From Xylographa opegraphella (Eukaryota), in the NCBI GenBank assembly GCA_022813865.1, contig JALDZX010000002.1, positions 434,001 through 498,000 of the forward strand: 64,000 bases of DNA. The letters are read 5' to 3'. The position numbers and the translations under genes are program-made. This document shows, one piece after another, positions 24,362-36,756 of the stretch (positions within the stretch are counted from its first letter, which is position 1; each line of letters starts with the position of its first letter). Under the pieces are notes generated by a model. That model did no database searches. It saw only the letters and a program-made list of their open reading frames with translations, and was not told where the DNA came from.

Positions 24362-27300
24362 TCACCCACCCAGCCGCTCCTCTCTCTGGCCCACGAGAAC
24401 GTCCCCCAAAGCGTCCTCTACCCCACCTACTGCCTCCGCCTCCCGAACCACGCCACTACCAAAGACCGCCTCGTTCAGCGCCTCCATCCTATCCAGGCCC
24501 TGACTGAACTCCGGCTCCATGCCCTCGAACCCCTGCGGGTGCTGCCGCGCCTGCTCACGCAACTGGCCCGGCATTGCAAGCATCCCCACCAGCAGCTCCG
24601 GCGTGCTCGCTTCTTCGCGCTGCTCGTGCGTGTACACGTGGTTGGGCAGCGATGTCAGGCCCTGGAGTGCCTCTTCTTCCTGCTGCATCAGCTGGTGATA
24701 GTGTGCGGGCTCGAGGGCGTGCTGGTAAAGGGAGGGATATGAAGGTGCGTCAGTCACTGGCACGGCGGGTTTGGGCTGCTCCCAGTGGTCTACTTCGAGC
24801 TTGAAGTGTTGGTCGTGCGTGGGTGGCTGGCTGTGTGATTGAGTGGTCGTGATGACGGATGGGCTGCGGAAGACTTGGTGCGGATAGTCGTCGACTGTAC
24901 CGGGAGGGAGGGTGTGGTCTTGATCGTGCGGGAGGTATTGCCAGTCCTGGTTGAGGTGTGACAGCTGGGTGTGAAACTGCTCGCTGTGCGGATCGGGTTC
25001 GGTTTGCGCGAGGAGATGCTGTTCTCCTTGGTGGTGGAGGGTGTGTAGTTCGGCAGTTGGGGAGATGGACTCCACGCCTTCATAGCTAGCAGGAGGGTGT
25101 TGCGGTAGGTTGATATGATCGTGGCTATGATCGTAGTCGAGTTGAATATTCCAGCTCGTGAGGTCGATTTCGAGGTTGGGATCAGTGGTATGTGGTAGAT
25201 AGTTGGTGCTAATATCGCTGGAGAAACTGTCAACGGTTGACTGGGATGCGAAATCGGTATCGGTAGACCGAGGCGTAAACTCATTGTTTGTTGGTTGGGG
25301 CGAGATGTCTAAGGCGACGGGCTGAGTGGCAAACTGGCTTAAGGTGTGAGCTGCTTGTTCGTGGCTTTTGTAGTGATGCAACTCGTAATTTGCGTGGTGA
25401 AGCGGATCGCCGAAGCCGTTACCATCCATATCGTGCACGAGGGACTGCAGTACTTCGTGTTCAACTGGGTAAGATGCTCTTTCAGCGAGGTAGTGTGAGC
25501 CGCTGTGGTCTTCCATGCCATAGGTCTGTGTACTTGGGCTTTGGAACATGAGTTCCGTAGGATAACCAGCTTGTCTTGATTGGTTCGGTGATTCCATCTT
25601 GAAGTCCGTCATGACAATCTCTTGCGGCAAATCATGCATCCCCTCAGCAACTTCATCATATTCATTCCACCCTGTATTATTTTGGGCGTGTGGTTGCAGC
25701 GGTAGTTCAGGATATGGATGCGATGTATATTCATAGCCTGACAAGCTCGGAAGTTGAGAATCCGATGTCAAAGGTGGCTGCGCCAGTTGAGGCGTCGAAG
25801 AACTCGTTGGAGCTTGGAATGAAGATTTGTGGAGCTTCCTCCATGTGGTTGTTGCTGCTTCTCCCGGCAGTGTTTGGCGGAACTTCCAGAGTAGTATAAA
25901 TATGGGGAATGAAGCCGAGAGATCCAGATTCGTATCCTTGTCATCTGATGCAAAAATTTCCTGCATCACCGAGAGCTCACTAATATTTTGGCGTGTTTCG
26001 TTCTCATACTGGTAAAATCCTTGCATATCTCCAGCAGCTTTAATAGCACATCGACGTTCCATAATGTTGTAAAAGAGCTGGACCCACCATTTGCTCGATA
26101 AGGGAATGATCACTCGGCTTCTTTGCGAGTCCGTGAGCTGCGGAGTGTCAAGCTGACCAGAGCACTCTTTATTGAGGTTGCCTTTCATGTAGAATCTGGT
26201 TCGATATACCCAAGGCGGGCTAAGTCCTGGACCAGAGATATCCGCAAACAATTGAATCGCCAGGCTAGACTTGGGTGGGCAGTAGTCCTTCATGAGCTCG
26301 AGATTGGCTTCAAGCAGGATGATTTCTCCTTTAGATGGAGAGCTGTTATTGTATATCTTGGTCAAGTCCGGGAACGTCTGCCTCCAATTGCAATTGTCTT
26401 GTAGCATTTTAGGTTGTGCTCCCATTTCATCTTGTATCTGTGTATATATGTGACATGTTTGTGTCTCCAAATGATAGTCGTTTGCTTGTGGGAAAACGCT
26501 CATGTTGAGCTCGATGTTCTGGACAAAAGGGTAATCTGGAAAGCTCGATCCAAGGGTCTTGGTAGGGAGAGGAAGCGTTCCTCCATTAGGGTTGGCTGCT
26601 AGCGATCGAGCACAATGTCCCGAGGATTGAGAACGATCCTTGAAGATTAGCTTTCCTTTAACTGAGTCGTATTCTATAGCGCCTGCTGGCGGCTCTGATT
26701 TGACGAAGTCCAACCCTAGCAATGCTCAGCATGATGCGTTTATCGCGTTCCTGGGGTCCCTTAACAACTCACATTCGGGGTCCTTGATCATCCCTTGAAG
26801 CACCTGTATATGGCTCGATATTTGCTTTCGTGAACGTTTGACTCCGGTTAACAACTCGATCTTATGAGCGAGCAGCTCGTTTCTCCCAGACGATTTCTGT
26901 ATACCTTTTTCTGACTTCAAAGGCGTCTTCAATCTCCCAATGCGGGGAATGTCGAGAAGTGCTGGGGTACATTTAGTTCAGAACATGTAAGAGTCAACAT
27001 AATTTTTGAGCCTACCGGCTTGAAACGCTTCCTCAACAAAATCCGGCCATATCTCCTTGCCGTCCTTGCCACGATCTTTACGACCTCGCCTCCTGTACTG
27101 GAGATACCTGCCATAATCGTGCTCACTCAACAGTGGTAATGGCTTACTTTTCCGAGTCCGCGGTTTAGCAACACATGGTTCGCTGACTGATTTAGCCTCT
27201 TGAGGATAATCAATTTGTTTTGTCGTAGGAGAAAGAGGCTTCTTGCTTGTGGAGCACCGGCGACATAATCCCCTGTTGTTTCCAGCAGGTGATTGAAGTT

Positions 27301-27658
27301 CTCCAGCAGTTTCCGCTCCATCAAAAGTTCGGCCACAATTGCTGCAGATCGGACGTCTACGTCGAGGCTTTTGCTCCGTATTATGTTGCTTGAGATGAGT
27401 GGACATATCACGAAAATGTATATTTTGATCGCAAATATGGCACAGGTTTGTTCTGACCCCATGACTAGAGACCTCAGATTCGGCTTCCTGATGAGAAGAT
27501 GATGGATTGAGACCATAAGAAGCTTGTTCTATTTCCTGCTTTGATAGATCTCCTTCATCAGCGCGAGTATAATTTGAATTGCTGGATGTACTGCATAGAA
27601 CTCCCCGAGGAGCCCTTGTATGGTGCTGAGATGCTGGAAACTGAGGGAGGAGAACCAT
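24362..27658 (-). CDS. abaA: TEA/ATTS-domain transcription factor, AbaA-like, 3 exons
   Basis: YLQYR...DGKEIWPDFVEEAFQA/ALLDIP...GRNELLAHKIELLTGVKRSRKQISSHIQVL is a TEA domain. AbaA-type ELSVMQEIFA...ILLWKFRQT...TTTWRKL follows downstream. Strict orthology not shown. Confidence 0.85.
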
Positions 27659-28244
27659 CGTTGCGTTCCACGAGCTGCAGGAATATGCTCAAGTGTGGTG
27701 GAATGAATGCGAATAATGATCATACGTGAAGGAGGGATGGACATAGTTTGACATGAAAGGAGAGCCTTCTCATGACTTGTTATAGAAAGTCGGAAGGAGG
27801 CCCAACATCAGGGGGCAATTAGACACCAAGGGTGGTAAAATACGACTATAAGACATTAAAAACGTGCTTTCAAGACAGCTATAATGAGCTCAGCATGGAC
27901 CACAATTGTGATAGGGGCAAGCGCTCAAAGCATGATAGGCTGATCGATATGCAAGCAAGGGGAAGCTTGCGCTCCCCGAGAGAAGCGCCCACGGAGCCCA
28001 ATAATGGTTAGCTCAAAGGGGTAGCTTAGGCGACCTTGCGAAGCTGGGTCAGACAGAGAATGTTATGATGCCAGGACAACGGAAGATGAAAAGGGAATGA
28101 AGGGTTGGAACCATAATCATACTTGTTACCTGTATACATGGTAACCAGCTTTCAATGGAGAATGAAATGAAGCAGTAGATTCATATGTAGGCGATTATAG
28201 TCTATGCAAGAGTGCTCTTGACTCACTGTACCCAGCCTGAATCT

Positions 28245-31072
28245 TTAGTTATCATCGGCATCCTCCGCTCCGGGGACAGTAAATTTTCTCCTCCCAGAAC
28301 TGGTAAGTTTCTGGATGGCAATCTTATCAGCTTGCTTTCCGACCTTCTTTTGCATTTTCTCAATCTCCTCTTCTGGATCAACGGCATCGCCGACTGCAAA
28401 ATCTAAGACCAATCTCCTTCCGAGCAGATGCGTATCGCGAAGTGCATCCATCGCACTTTCAGCTTCCCGGGCCGTCACAAAATCTGCGAAGGCGAAACCG
28501 CGAGTGGAGTTGTCGAACTTTCTTGGAACTCGGACAGATCGTAGTTGTCCGTAGGCACCGAACAGAGAGCGAATATCCTTCTTTGAAGCTTCGAAGGGAA
28601 GATTCTTAACAATGATCTTCGTTCTTCTCCCGGACAGCTTTTTAGCTGTGTCTTCCTTCCTACGTTCTTCCGCAGCGTCTGCAGCTTTGTGGGACGCCTT
28701 AAGGACAAGATCATGCCCTTGGAGCTTGTAACCGTTCATTGCTGCCAGTGCTGCTTGGGCTTGCTGTTTGGTACGAAATTCTAAGAACCCAAAGCCCATA
28801 CTGAGGATCTGACCCGGCCTTTTAGGATCCGTCTTTGTTTTTACTCGAGCCGACATAAACCCATCCAATGGCCGAAACAGCTCAGTCAGCTGCTGCGTTG
28901 TCGTGGTGAAATTAAGATTGCGCACAAACAATGTAGCGGTACTGTTCTCAGTTTCAACGGTTGGATCTTCTAGCAAGTCGGCGGCCAATAATTTAGTGCT
29001 TGTTATAGTGCTTGATACAGTATCGGCATTTGGAACACCCTCTACCTCAAAGACACCTTTGGGTGCTTTTTCTAAGAATAATATGGAGTCCTTGAACTTA
29101 CGATATGCCAGAGCCCCGAAAGCAGATTTTGCTTGTACGGGTTGATCAAGCTCGACAATCGCAATTGTACCTGCAGGTGGCATCAACACCTTTTTGACAG
29201 TTCCGTAAGCCTCAAATATATTCTTGAGTTCTTCCGGGCTTGTGCCGTACGAGAAGTTTTTAACCAATATGGCTGTATCGCTGAAGTCCTTCTTTTGGAA
29301 AGCATCAAGGTTGACACCACAAGCAACAAAATACGCCTTTGTCTCCTGTATGATGTTTGTCTCAGCATGGGCTTGTTTGACAGCAGCTTCTGATGATGTT
29401 GGATCCAGGATATGCGACTTTGCTATGCCAAGTCGATTCGAGATAGAAGACATGATGGCATCAGACTAACCGCGAGTAAGCACTTGCACACCTAGGCTAC
29501 GGTCCTGGTAAGAACATACATTCATGTACATTGAATTCCATTTGAATGTCGACGAAGCTGCCTCAGCTTTTTGCCGTATCTGCTTCTGTTTCTTAAGAGG
29601 AAGCTTGGAAATTTCATACTCGTCCAATGTGTGGTCTTTCTTAGCAGATGCGGGGAGTATATGGAGAAGCCGACCTTGGAAAGCCTTTCCATCCAGTTCC
29701 GTGAGCGCTGTTTGTGCGTTGTCCGGATTATCGTACTCAACATAAGCAAAACCTTTGCTGGTCTCTGTCCGCGTCTCTGTAGAAATGTGGACCTTAATAT
29801 CTGTTAGTTGATATCACAAGCAGTCATGTCTGGACAGCTATGCAACAAGGAACGAACAACGATCTTCAGAAATCAAGAAGCATCTACTACAACGCTCTTC
29901 CTGCTCACATCATTTGCAATAACATAAGATGTCCCTATCAGGATGTTCATCACAAGATCAAGCCAGAAGCTGCTATATAGAGAGAAAAGTGGTTACCTCG
30001 GTTAGAGCGCCGTGACGGCTGAAGTATGCATACAAGTCATCCTCAGAAGTTGCGTACGAGAGATTTCGCACGAAAAGCCGATTGGTGGGCAGAGACTCCT
30101 CAATCCTATTTTTTGAACGATCATTCTGCGAATCATCTATTTCTGCTGCACGGTGAAGCATTACCTCGTCTGTCTGGCTGCCAGCGTTTGAGGTGCGCCT
30201 CTTTGGCTCGTGCGGCTTTGCATAAAAGTCTGTGCCATCCGGCTCATTATCTTCTGTCGTTGTAGGATTCGGGAGGACAGCGTCATCATCATCGACTAAT
30301 CCAAGTAGCCGGCTTGTACGAGAGCGAAGCCAATCAACATCGGAGAACGCTGCCAATGCAGGCTCTGACGGCACTGGTAGGAATTTGTCTTCTGAGTCTT
30401 TTGTCAAGATAATGTCTGGACGCTGGGTCTCTGTCACTTGGTCCACGCTTGAGACCACCTGTTGGCCATGGGAGTTCTCCGGTGGTGATACGGCAAGAGG
30501 CGACTTCTTGCGCTTCTTGGGCACGGGCTCATAATCTTCTTCACTCAAATCGTCCTTCTGTGGCACCTCTACTGACTCCACAACTGTTGTGCTATTGGCT
30601 CCGTTTCCTGTCGCACCTTCATTTGCCCATATCTTACTCTTGGATGGCGGCTGCATGACCTCTAGAAATTCCTGGAGTTTAGTGTTTGTGGACTTCTCAA
30701 GCTTGTCGGCCAATTTCCGCTTTCCCGACGATGGTGTATCATCATTCGGAGGGGTAGGTAGCTTTGTAGGATTTAAGGATTTCTTGTCTTCAATCTGTGA
30801 GTTGCTTAGCAAATGATATAGAGTCTCGACTGCCGAGTGCTTACTGGCCTGGCAAGCTCCACGGCAATCCTCGACATGCGGATGTAGGACTTGTTGAAAT
30901 ATTTGACAGCTTTTGCAGCATCATTAGAGTCTTTGTATCCAACATAGCCAATACGCCGATGAGATATTAGCTTTGCGTCAGTCACAGCGGACGTTGTAGA
31001 AAAGTGCTTTTCGAACTCTTCCGCACCTAGATTTGGCGGAAGCCCGCGAACAAAAATTCTCGAAGACTCCAT
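28245..31072 (-). CDS. MRD1: Multiple RNA-binding domain protein 1 (pre-rRNA processing; RBM19 family), 4 exons
   Basis: Starts SSRIFVRGLPP and has five RRMs (LFVRNL, ILVKNF, SMGFGFLEF, RGFAFADF...THLLGRRLVL). Confidence 0.96.
29861..29959 (-). ncRNA. Intronic box C/D snoRNA, snR64-like (predicted guide for the LSU rRNA Cm2337-equivalent site)
   Basis: Inside the 204-nt MRD1 intron (29793-29996): terminal stem GATCT/AGATC, box C GTGATGA and box D CTGA. The guide GATAGGGACA is complementary to conserved LSU UGUCCCUAUC and precedes a D'-like CTTA. Confidence 0.85.
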
Positions 31073-31472
31073 TTTGGAGCAGCTCGGCCACTACTTCACG
31101 GAGATAATTAGACTCGGAGACATTATTCCCATGATTTGTCATGAGCGGTTTCAGAAAATCTTCCCTTGCCTCACAAATAAGCTGTATAAATTTATTTTCG
31201 ATGCACGGTTCTCTCCGCCATTGGCACAAGCGAGCCCGCTACGACACGAATACGCTAAGACTACCCCCGCTTGATCGCTTGTCATGGCTAGACTAGCGCT
31301 GTATTGACCAGTGCGCGAGGCATTCGTCGTGTTGTTGGTCTAGAAGCCTCGTCATTTCTTCATCGAAGAAAGCGGCGCATTACTTTGAGCCGCCGTTCAC
31401 TGTCGCAGACCTAGTAACCAGATACTTGCGATCGTCAAAGACTCTGCAGACTTTTCTGAGCAGGTTATAACA

Positions 31473-32219
31473 ATGGCGACAGAAAAGGAGAAGAAGAAGC
31501 TTGATGGTATGCGGTCTCGGTCTCTCTTTCAATGTCGCAGGATGCTGATATTGCGTAGCGCAGATCAAATCTGCTGACATGGTAATGGCTGGCGACACCT
31601 GCCATTGTACAGAACCTTAAACTGACGTTGTGATACAGAGCGAAGATATGCAGCAAGAAGCCATTGACGTCGGTGGGTCGTCCCAGTTAGTGACTGTTGG
31701 TACTGGGCTTTCATAATGAGATAACCACAGCGACGGAAGCAATGGACAAATATACCATCGAGAAGGTACAGGATAATATCGGCAAAGGTCTTCAGAATTA
31801 TTGCTGAAAGGGATGATTAGGATATTGCACAATATATCAAGAAGGAGGTGAGCATCACCAACATATGCGCAGAATTGCGAACATCAATACGATACATACT
31901 AACGCTGCCGCAACAGTTTGACTCACGGAAGGGAGCCACATGGCATTGCATTGTCGGACGGAATTTCGGGAGCTTTGTTACCCATGGTAAGACGCGAACT
32001 ACCTCCTCTACCCCTACCTCTACTATTACCACATGCAAGTGAGCTGTAAAGCACTGTTTTAGGGACATTGGATGTCCTTACAAACAACAACGCAGTCACC
32101 CTGTCATTCACCGCTCCACCGGCTACAGAACAAAACACTAACGCGAAGCCGCAGAAACGAAACATTTCATTTACTTCTACCTTGGCCACTGTGCCATCCT
32201 TCTCTTCAAAACTCAATGA
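31473..32219 (+). CDS. DYN2: Cytoplasmic dynein light chain LC8 (NudG/Dyn2), 7 exons
   Basis: Spliced: [95 protein letters not shown]. Confidence 0.97.
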
Positions 32220-33859
32220 ATACTTAAAACAGGCACTGGGTTAGCAGGCGGGCATATAGAATGATTTCGATGCTGCTAAAATGCTGTATGAAAAGGTTTT
32301 GGGCAGAATGTGTTCAATTTATATAGCGAAATACACATCTTGGAATGCATAGTCGCTGGCTGAGTACGTCAACTTGATTCGGCATCGACTAAAGCGAGGC
32401 AGGAGTTGGCAACAAATAGGCAAGGATGCAATAGCCTCCGCTATTCCTTTACAGCTTAATGAGCCTGCAGTGTGAACGAATAGTCAGAATGTCCGTCACC
32501 TTTTGTTCCTTATAGGAGACCCATTTTACGTTGACAGTCGATCGCCCATTACCTCTGTCTGCCTTCAATTTCACCAGTGGGTTCGATTACGACTGCCTCG
32601 CTTCGCTTCCGGCGTGATCCTGCTAAGACAGTAACAAATCTCCTATAATGCTGGCTGAGGAATTCTGAGGGGGCAAATCCTTGGTTATACTGATAACTGA
32701 ACGATAGAATGACGTATTAAGGAGAAGAAAGATGTATAACCACCTTGAGGAGCAGCTGCAGTAGGAAAACAGAAACTCGAAACCGACGAAGGCAAGAACC
32801 CCAGGACAATGGAATCAAAAACGAACTGGTCTTGTCGAAAGGTTCTGCCGATGTTGCAAAAGTGGATTGGGAACCTCAGTGGTTGACTACGTGACCTCAA
32901 TTGCGGGGAAGAGCAGCTCTGTGCCTGAAGAGAAGTTCGGGTATCTTCACAAGCCAGCATGGATTTCCCGTGAACTTATAAGACTCTCCCATCCTCCCAA
33001 TAACATGCCTTTGATCAGGGGAAGGATCAATTGGACTACAGAGCACCGAATTCCCATATAAGTATAAGGTCTGGATTTCTGCCATGGCAGGGCCCAGCTC
33101 GACGTGGAAGCTTGAGGTCCAGTAGATAGATTCTGTGTCTCATTATCATTGCATCTCATTATTCATGGACACGCATTATGACAAGATGCTGGTGAGCTCC
33201 GGCGGCCGTCCGCTGGTCACTGATCGGCGGGGACACAATCATAACTAACTAAATAGCGTGAGTGTGATCTAGCGTGGTCCGCTTCTGACAGTTCTTGACG
33301 ATATCTGCGGAAGTTGGCCGTCCGGACTCCACAATGTGAGGGCTGCTCTATCTCTCCTGTTACCTTAGGTCCAGTGCGCTGCTGTCATTATAATGTTCGC
33401 CGGCCAAGATCGAGTCGACTCATGAAAGAAGAGGCTGCCGAGAATGTTCCGACACCTTCACCCAACTGGTGCGCCCCGCTGTGCTTATTACCTACGAAGC
33501 CGCGAGGGCAAGTGCTATGAAGCCCAAACTTTAAACCCTGCGCCATTATCGTTCTCAGACAAAGTTTACCGCGCCGCCTCTGCAGCCGTTTGCGATGAAG
33601 GTAAAGGATGGGCAAGCACCGCATCCTTTCCTCACGCGAGGTCACCGTGGGCTGATAGGATACTCGGCGTTCTTCTCCCGCGGGATGGGCGGGTGTCTCC
33701 GATCTCGGTGTCTACCGTCGGCCTCCTCATCTGGCTGCAGCCGCATGCATGCAAACCAATATTATTGGGATGCGTCTACCTTACGGAGTACTGTATCTGG
33801 GGTGCGCGAGGTAGCTGGTGCTTTCATCTGGCCTATCGGTTAGGAACACTTTAGCCACG

Positions 33860-34135
33860 AACTATCAGACGCTATGTCGCCTTACCATATAAAAATTCAC
33901 TCTTCTTATCTTTGCACTCCACGCTGCGAATCACATCCCCACAGGAATACCTTGTTGCTGCATATCGAACACCAAGGGACACCAATCACCATGCACACAC
34001 TTGAACCATGTAGTGTAGATGCTGAGCGGCCGTTGGTACGATGTCGACCCTTTTTGCCGACAGCGATCTCATCGCGGTGCAGCTCTATCTCCGTATCAGG
34101 GCTATCCCTTGAGCTCTTCCAATGTACATAAAGAC
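33860..34135 (+). promoter_or_regulatory. GATA-site cluster (AreA/Nit2-type) and TATA-like element upstream of the urea transporter
   Basis: Reverse-strand GATA cores near 33863, 33906, 33963, 34085, 34094 and 34103, plus TACATAAA near 34126. Urea transporters are known targets of nitrogen catabolite regulation. Confidence 0.45.
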
Positions 34136-34223
34136 CGCCTCGGCAACCTAGCTATTCGTTTGCGATATTTCTGCGCTTTCTTGAAGTGCACTTGAGCACC
34201 GTACCCATTGATTGACCCCAGCC

Positions 34224-36756
34224 ATGTCCAGTACGCCTCCGCTCAGCCAGGGATTCGGGTATGGCATCGTGTTGGGACTCGGTTTTGCGTTTGCCTTTGG
34301 CATGATTCTTACAACCTGGATCCTCAAGCGATATCAAAATGAGGTGCAAACCTCGGAGATGTTCAGCACTGCTGGGAGGACGGTGAAGTCGGGGCTGGTG
34401 GCCTCTGCAGTCGTGAGCTCGTGGACGTGGGCGGCTACCCTGCTGCAGTCGTCTGGAGTGGCATATCGCTATGGTGTCTCAGGTCCATTTTGGTATGCCT
34501 CGGGCGCCACCGTTCAGATCATTCTGTTCGCAACCTTGGCCATCGAGCTCAAGCGGAAGGCGCCCAATGCTCATACCTTCCTCGAAGTCATTCGAGCTCG
34601 TTACGGCACCTATGCCCATCTCGTCTTCATAGTCTTTGGCCTCATGACGAACATTTTGGTCACCGCTATGTTGCTTACCGGTGGATCTGCTGTCGTCACC
34701 TCTCTGACTGGCATGCCAACACCAGCTGCTTGCTTTTTACTTCCGATCGGGGTCGTGCTGTAGGCTCCCAAATGTCCAGGTCGCAACGGATGTTTTTTCT
34801 GACTTCGACTATAGATATACAATCTTCGGAGGACTCAAGGCAACATTTCTGACCGATTACGTGCACACGGTCATGATTCTTATCATCATCTTTATCTTTG
34901 CCTTCACGGCTTATACGACCAATGTTAACCTTGGAAGCCCTTCTAAGGTCTACGACCTCCTCGTTGCAGCCGCTAAAGCTCATCCTGTCTCTGGAAATGC
35001 CGAAGGCAGTTATCTTACCATGCAGTCTAAGGAAGGTGCTATATTCTTCGTCATCAACATCGTCGGCAATTTTGGAACTGTTTTTTGTGATAATGGTAGA
35101 GCTCCTTCTAGTTGCTGATAAATTCTGCTAAAGACTACGATAGGATACTACAACAAAGCTATTGCGGCCAGTCCAGTTCATGCCCTTCCCGGTTATGTAA
35201 TGGGTGGGCTTTCATGGTTTGCCATCCCATGGCTCGCGGCCACGACCATGGGTCTAGCAGCTCTTGCGCTTGAGACGAACCCGGTGTTTCCAACCTACCC
35301 TTATAGAATGGCAGACGCAGATGTCACAGCAGGTCTCGTCCTCCCGAACGCAGCTGTAGCACTACTAGGTCAAGGAGGAGCGGCTGCAACGCTACTCCTA
35401 ATCTTCATGGCCGTCACATCTGCTTCGTCAGCAGAGTTTATCGCCGTGTCTTCGATCTTCACATACGATATATACCAGACATACTTCAATCCCCAAGCGA
35501 GCGGTAAAAGGCTGATCTACATGGCTCACACGTGCGTTATCGTCTATGCAATTCTTCTTGCTGCATTCTCAACTGGGCTTTATTGTATGCTGCATTCCTT
35601 TCACCTGTCAACTCATGATCCCTAATCATCACAGATATTGGAATTTCCATCGGATACCTTTACCTAATGATGGGAGTCATAATTTCTTCCGCCGTTCTAC
35701 CAGCCGCCCTCACCCTCCTTTGGAGCAAGCAGAATGCCGTAGCAGCCTGCCTTAGTCCCATTCTTGGGCTTGCGAGCTCTCTCGTAGCATGGCTTGTCAC
35801 CGCTCAGAAACAGGGCGGCCTTACCGTCGCAATCACAGGCAGCAAGTAAGCCATGCCCTTCCTTGTCCTTCATGACACTGCTAATCTCTGTTGCAGCAAT
35901 CCGTACGTAATGATCCTGAGTTCCCTTCTCTATCAAAGCTTCGTTCAATTTTCAAGTCACGTGCTTGAGGGTCAATCTACGCCAGAGATCTGTCTTGGAA
36001 TCTACCTCTGCTCTCAAACCTCCCCCCTCTTGCCTCTAATATCATTCAAATAAAGAAATGCTAATTTCTCGCTCGACACCAGGATGTTGGCCGGCAATGT
36101 CGTCGCACTCCTCAGCCCGCTGATCTATGTCCCGGTCCTTACCTACGCCTTCGGCCCCCAGAATTACGACTACAAGTCCATGGCCCTTATCCGCCTTGGC
36201 GACGACTCCCCCATCACTGCTGCCGAGCACGTCGACCCGGAGTCCGTCCCGGATAGACACCAACCCTCCGTCAGCTCGCCCACAATCCTCGGCCTCACAC
36301 CCGAGGAATCCGCCAAGGAAGTCGCCATGCTCAAGCGAGCTTCCTTCATTGCCAAGTCCCTCACCGCCATCATGACCATCTGCTTGTTAGTGCTGTGGCC
36401 CATGCCGATGTATGGCAGCGGGTACGTGTTCAGCAAGGTTCGTATCCCCCATCGGACATGGGCGCAGCCGATCGGCTAATCTCCATAAGCCGTTCTTCAC
36501 TGGGTGGGTCAGCATCGGTATCCTGTGGCTTTTCTGCAGCGCAGCTTGCGTAGGCATCTACCCTCTGTACGAGGGTAGGCATAGTATGGCGCACACGTTC
36601 AAGGGCATCTGGCGCGATTTGACGGGCAAGAGGGCCGTCACGCTGCAGGGCCGGGAAGGGGTCGTGAGGGAGGAGGGGAGTGAAGGCAGCGAGAGCGGCG
36701 AGGGCGTTGGGATTTCGAAGGGTGCAGAGACGGTGATGGGGGAGAAGATGGGGTAG
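34224..36756 (+). CDS. DUR3: Urea active transporter (SSS family, Dur3/UreA), 7 exons
   Basis: [15 protein letters not shown]...[33 protein letters not shown]...[12 protein letters not shown]. Six introns traced, including the pair around a 6-nt exon. Confidence 0.95.

Noticed and set aside
27950..28060. GC-rich hairpin region resembling a tRNA
   Set aside because: No T-loop (GTTCRA) or cloverleaf could be built.
34224..36756. TPP riboswitch, known from some fungal SSS-family transporter introns
   Set aside because: The protein looks like canonical Dur3/UreA, and I saw no TPP aptamer core in its introns or leader.
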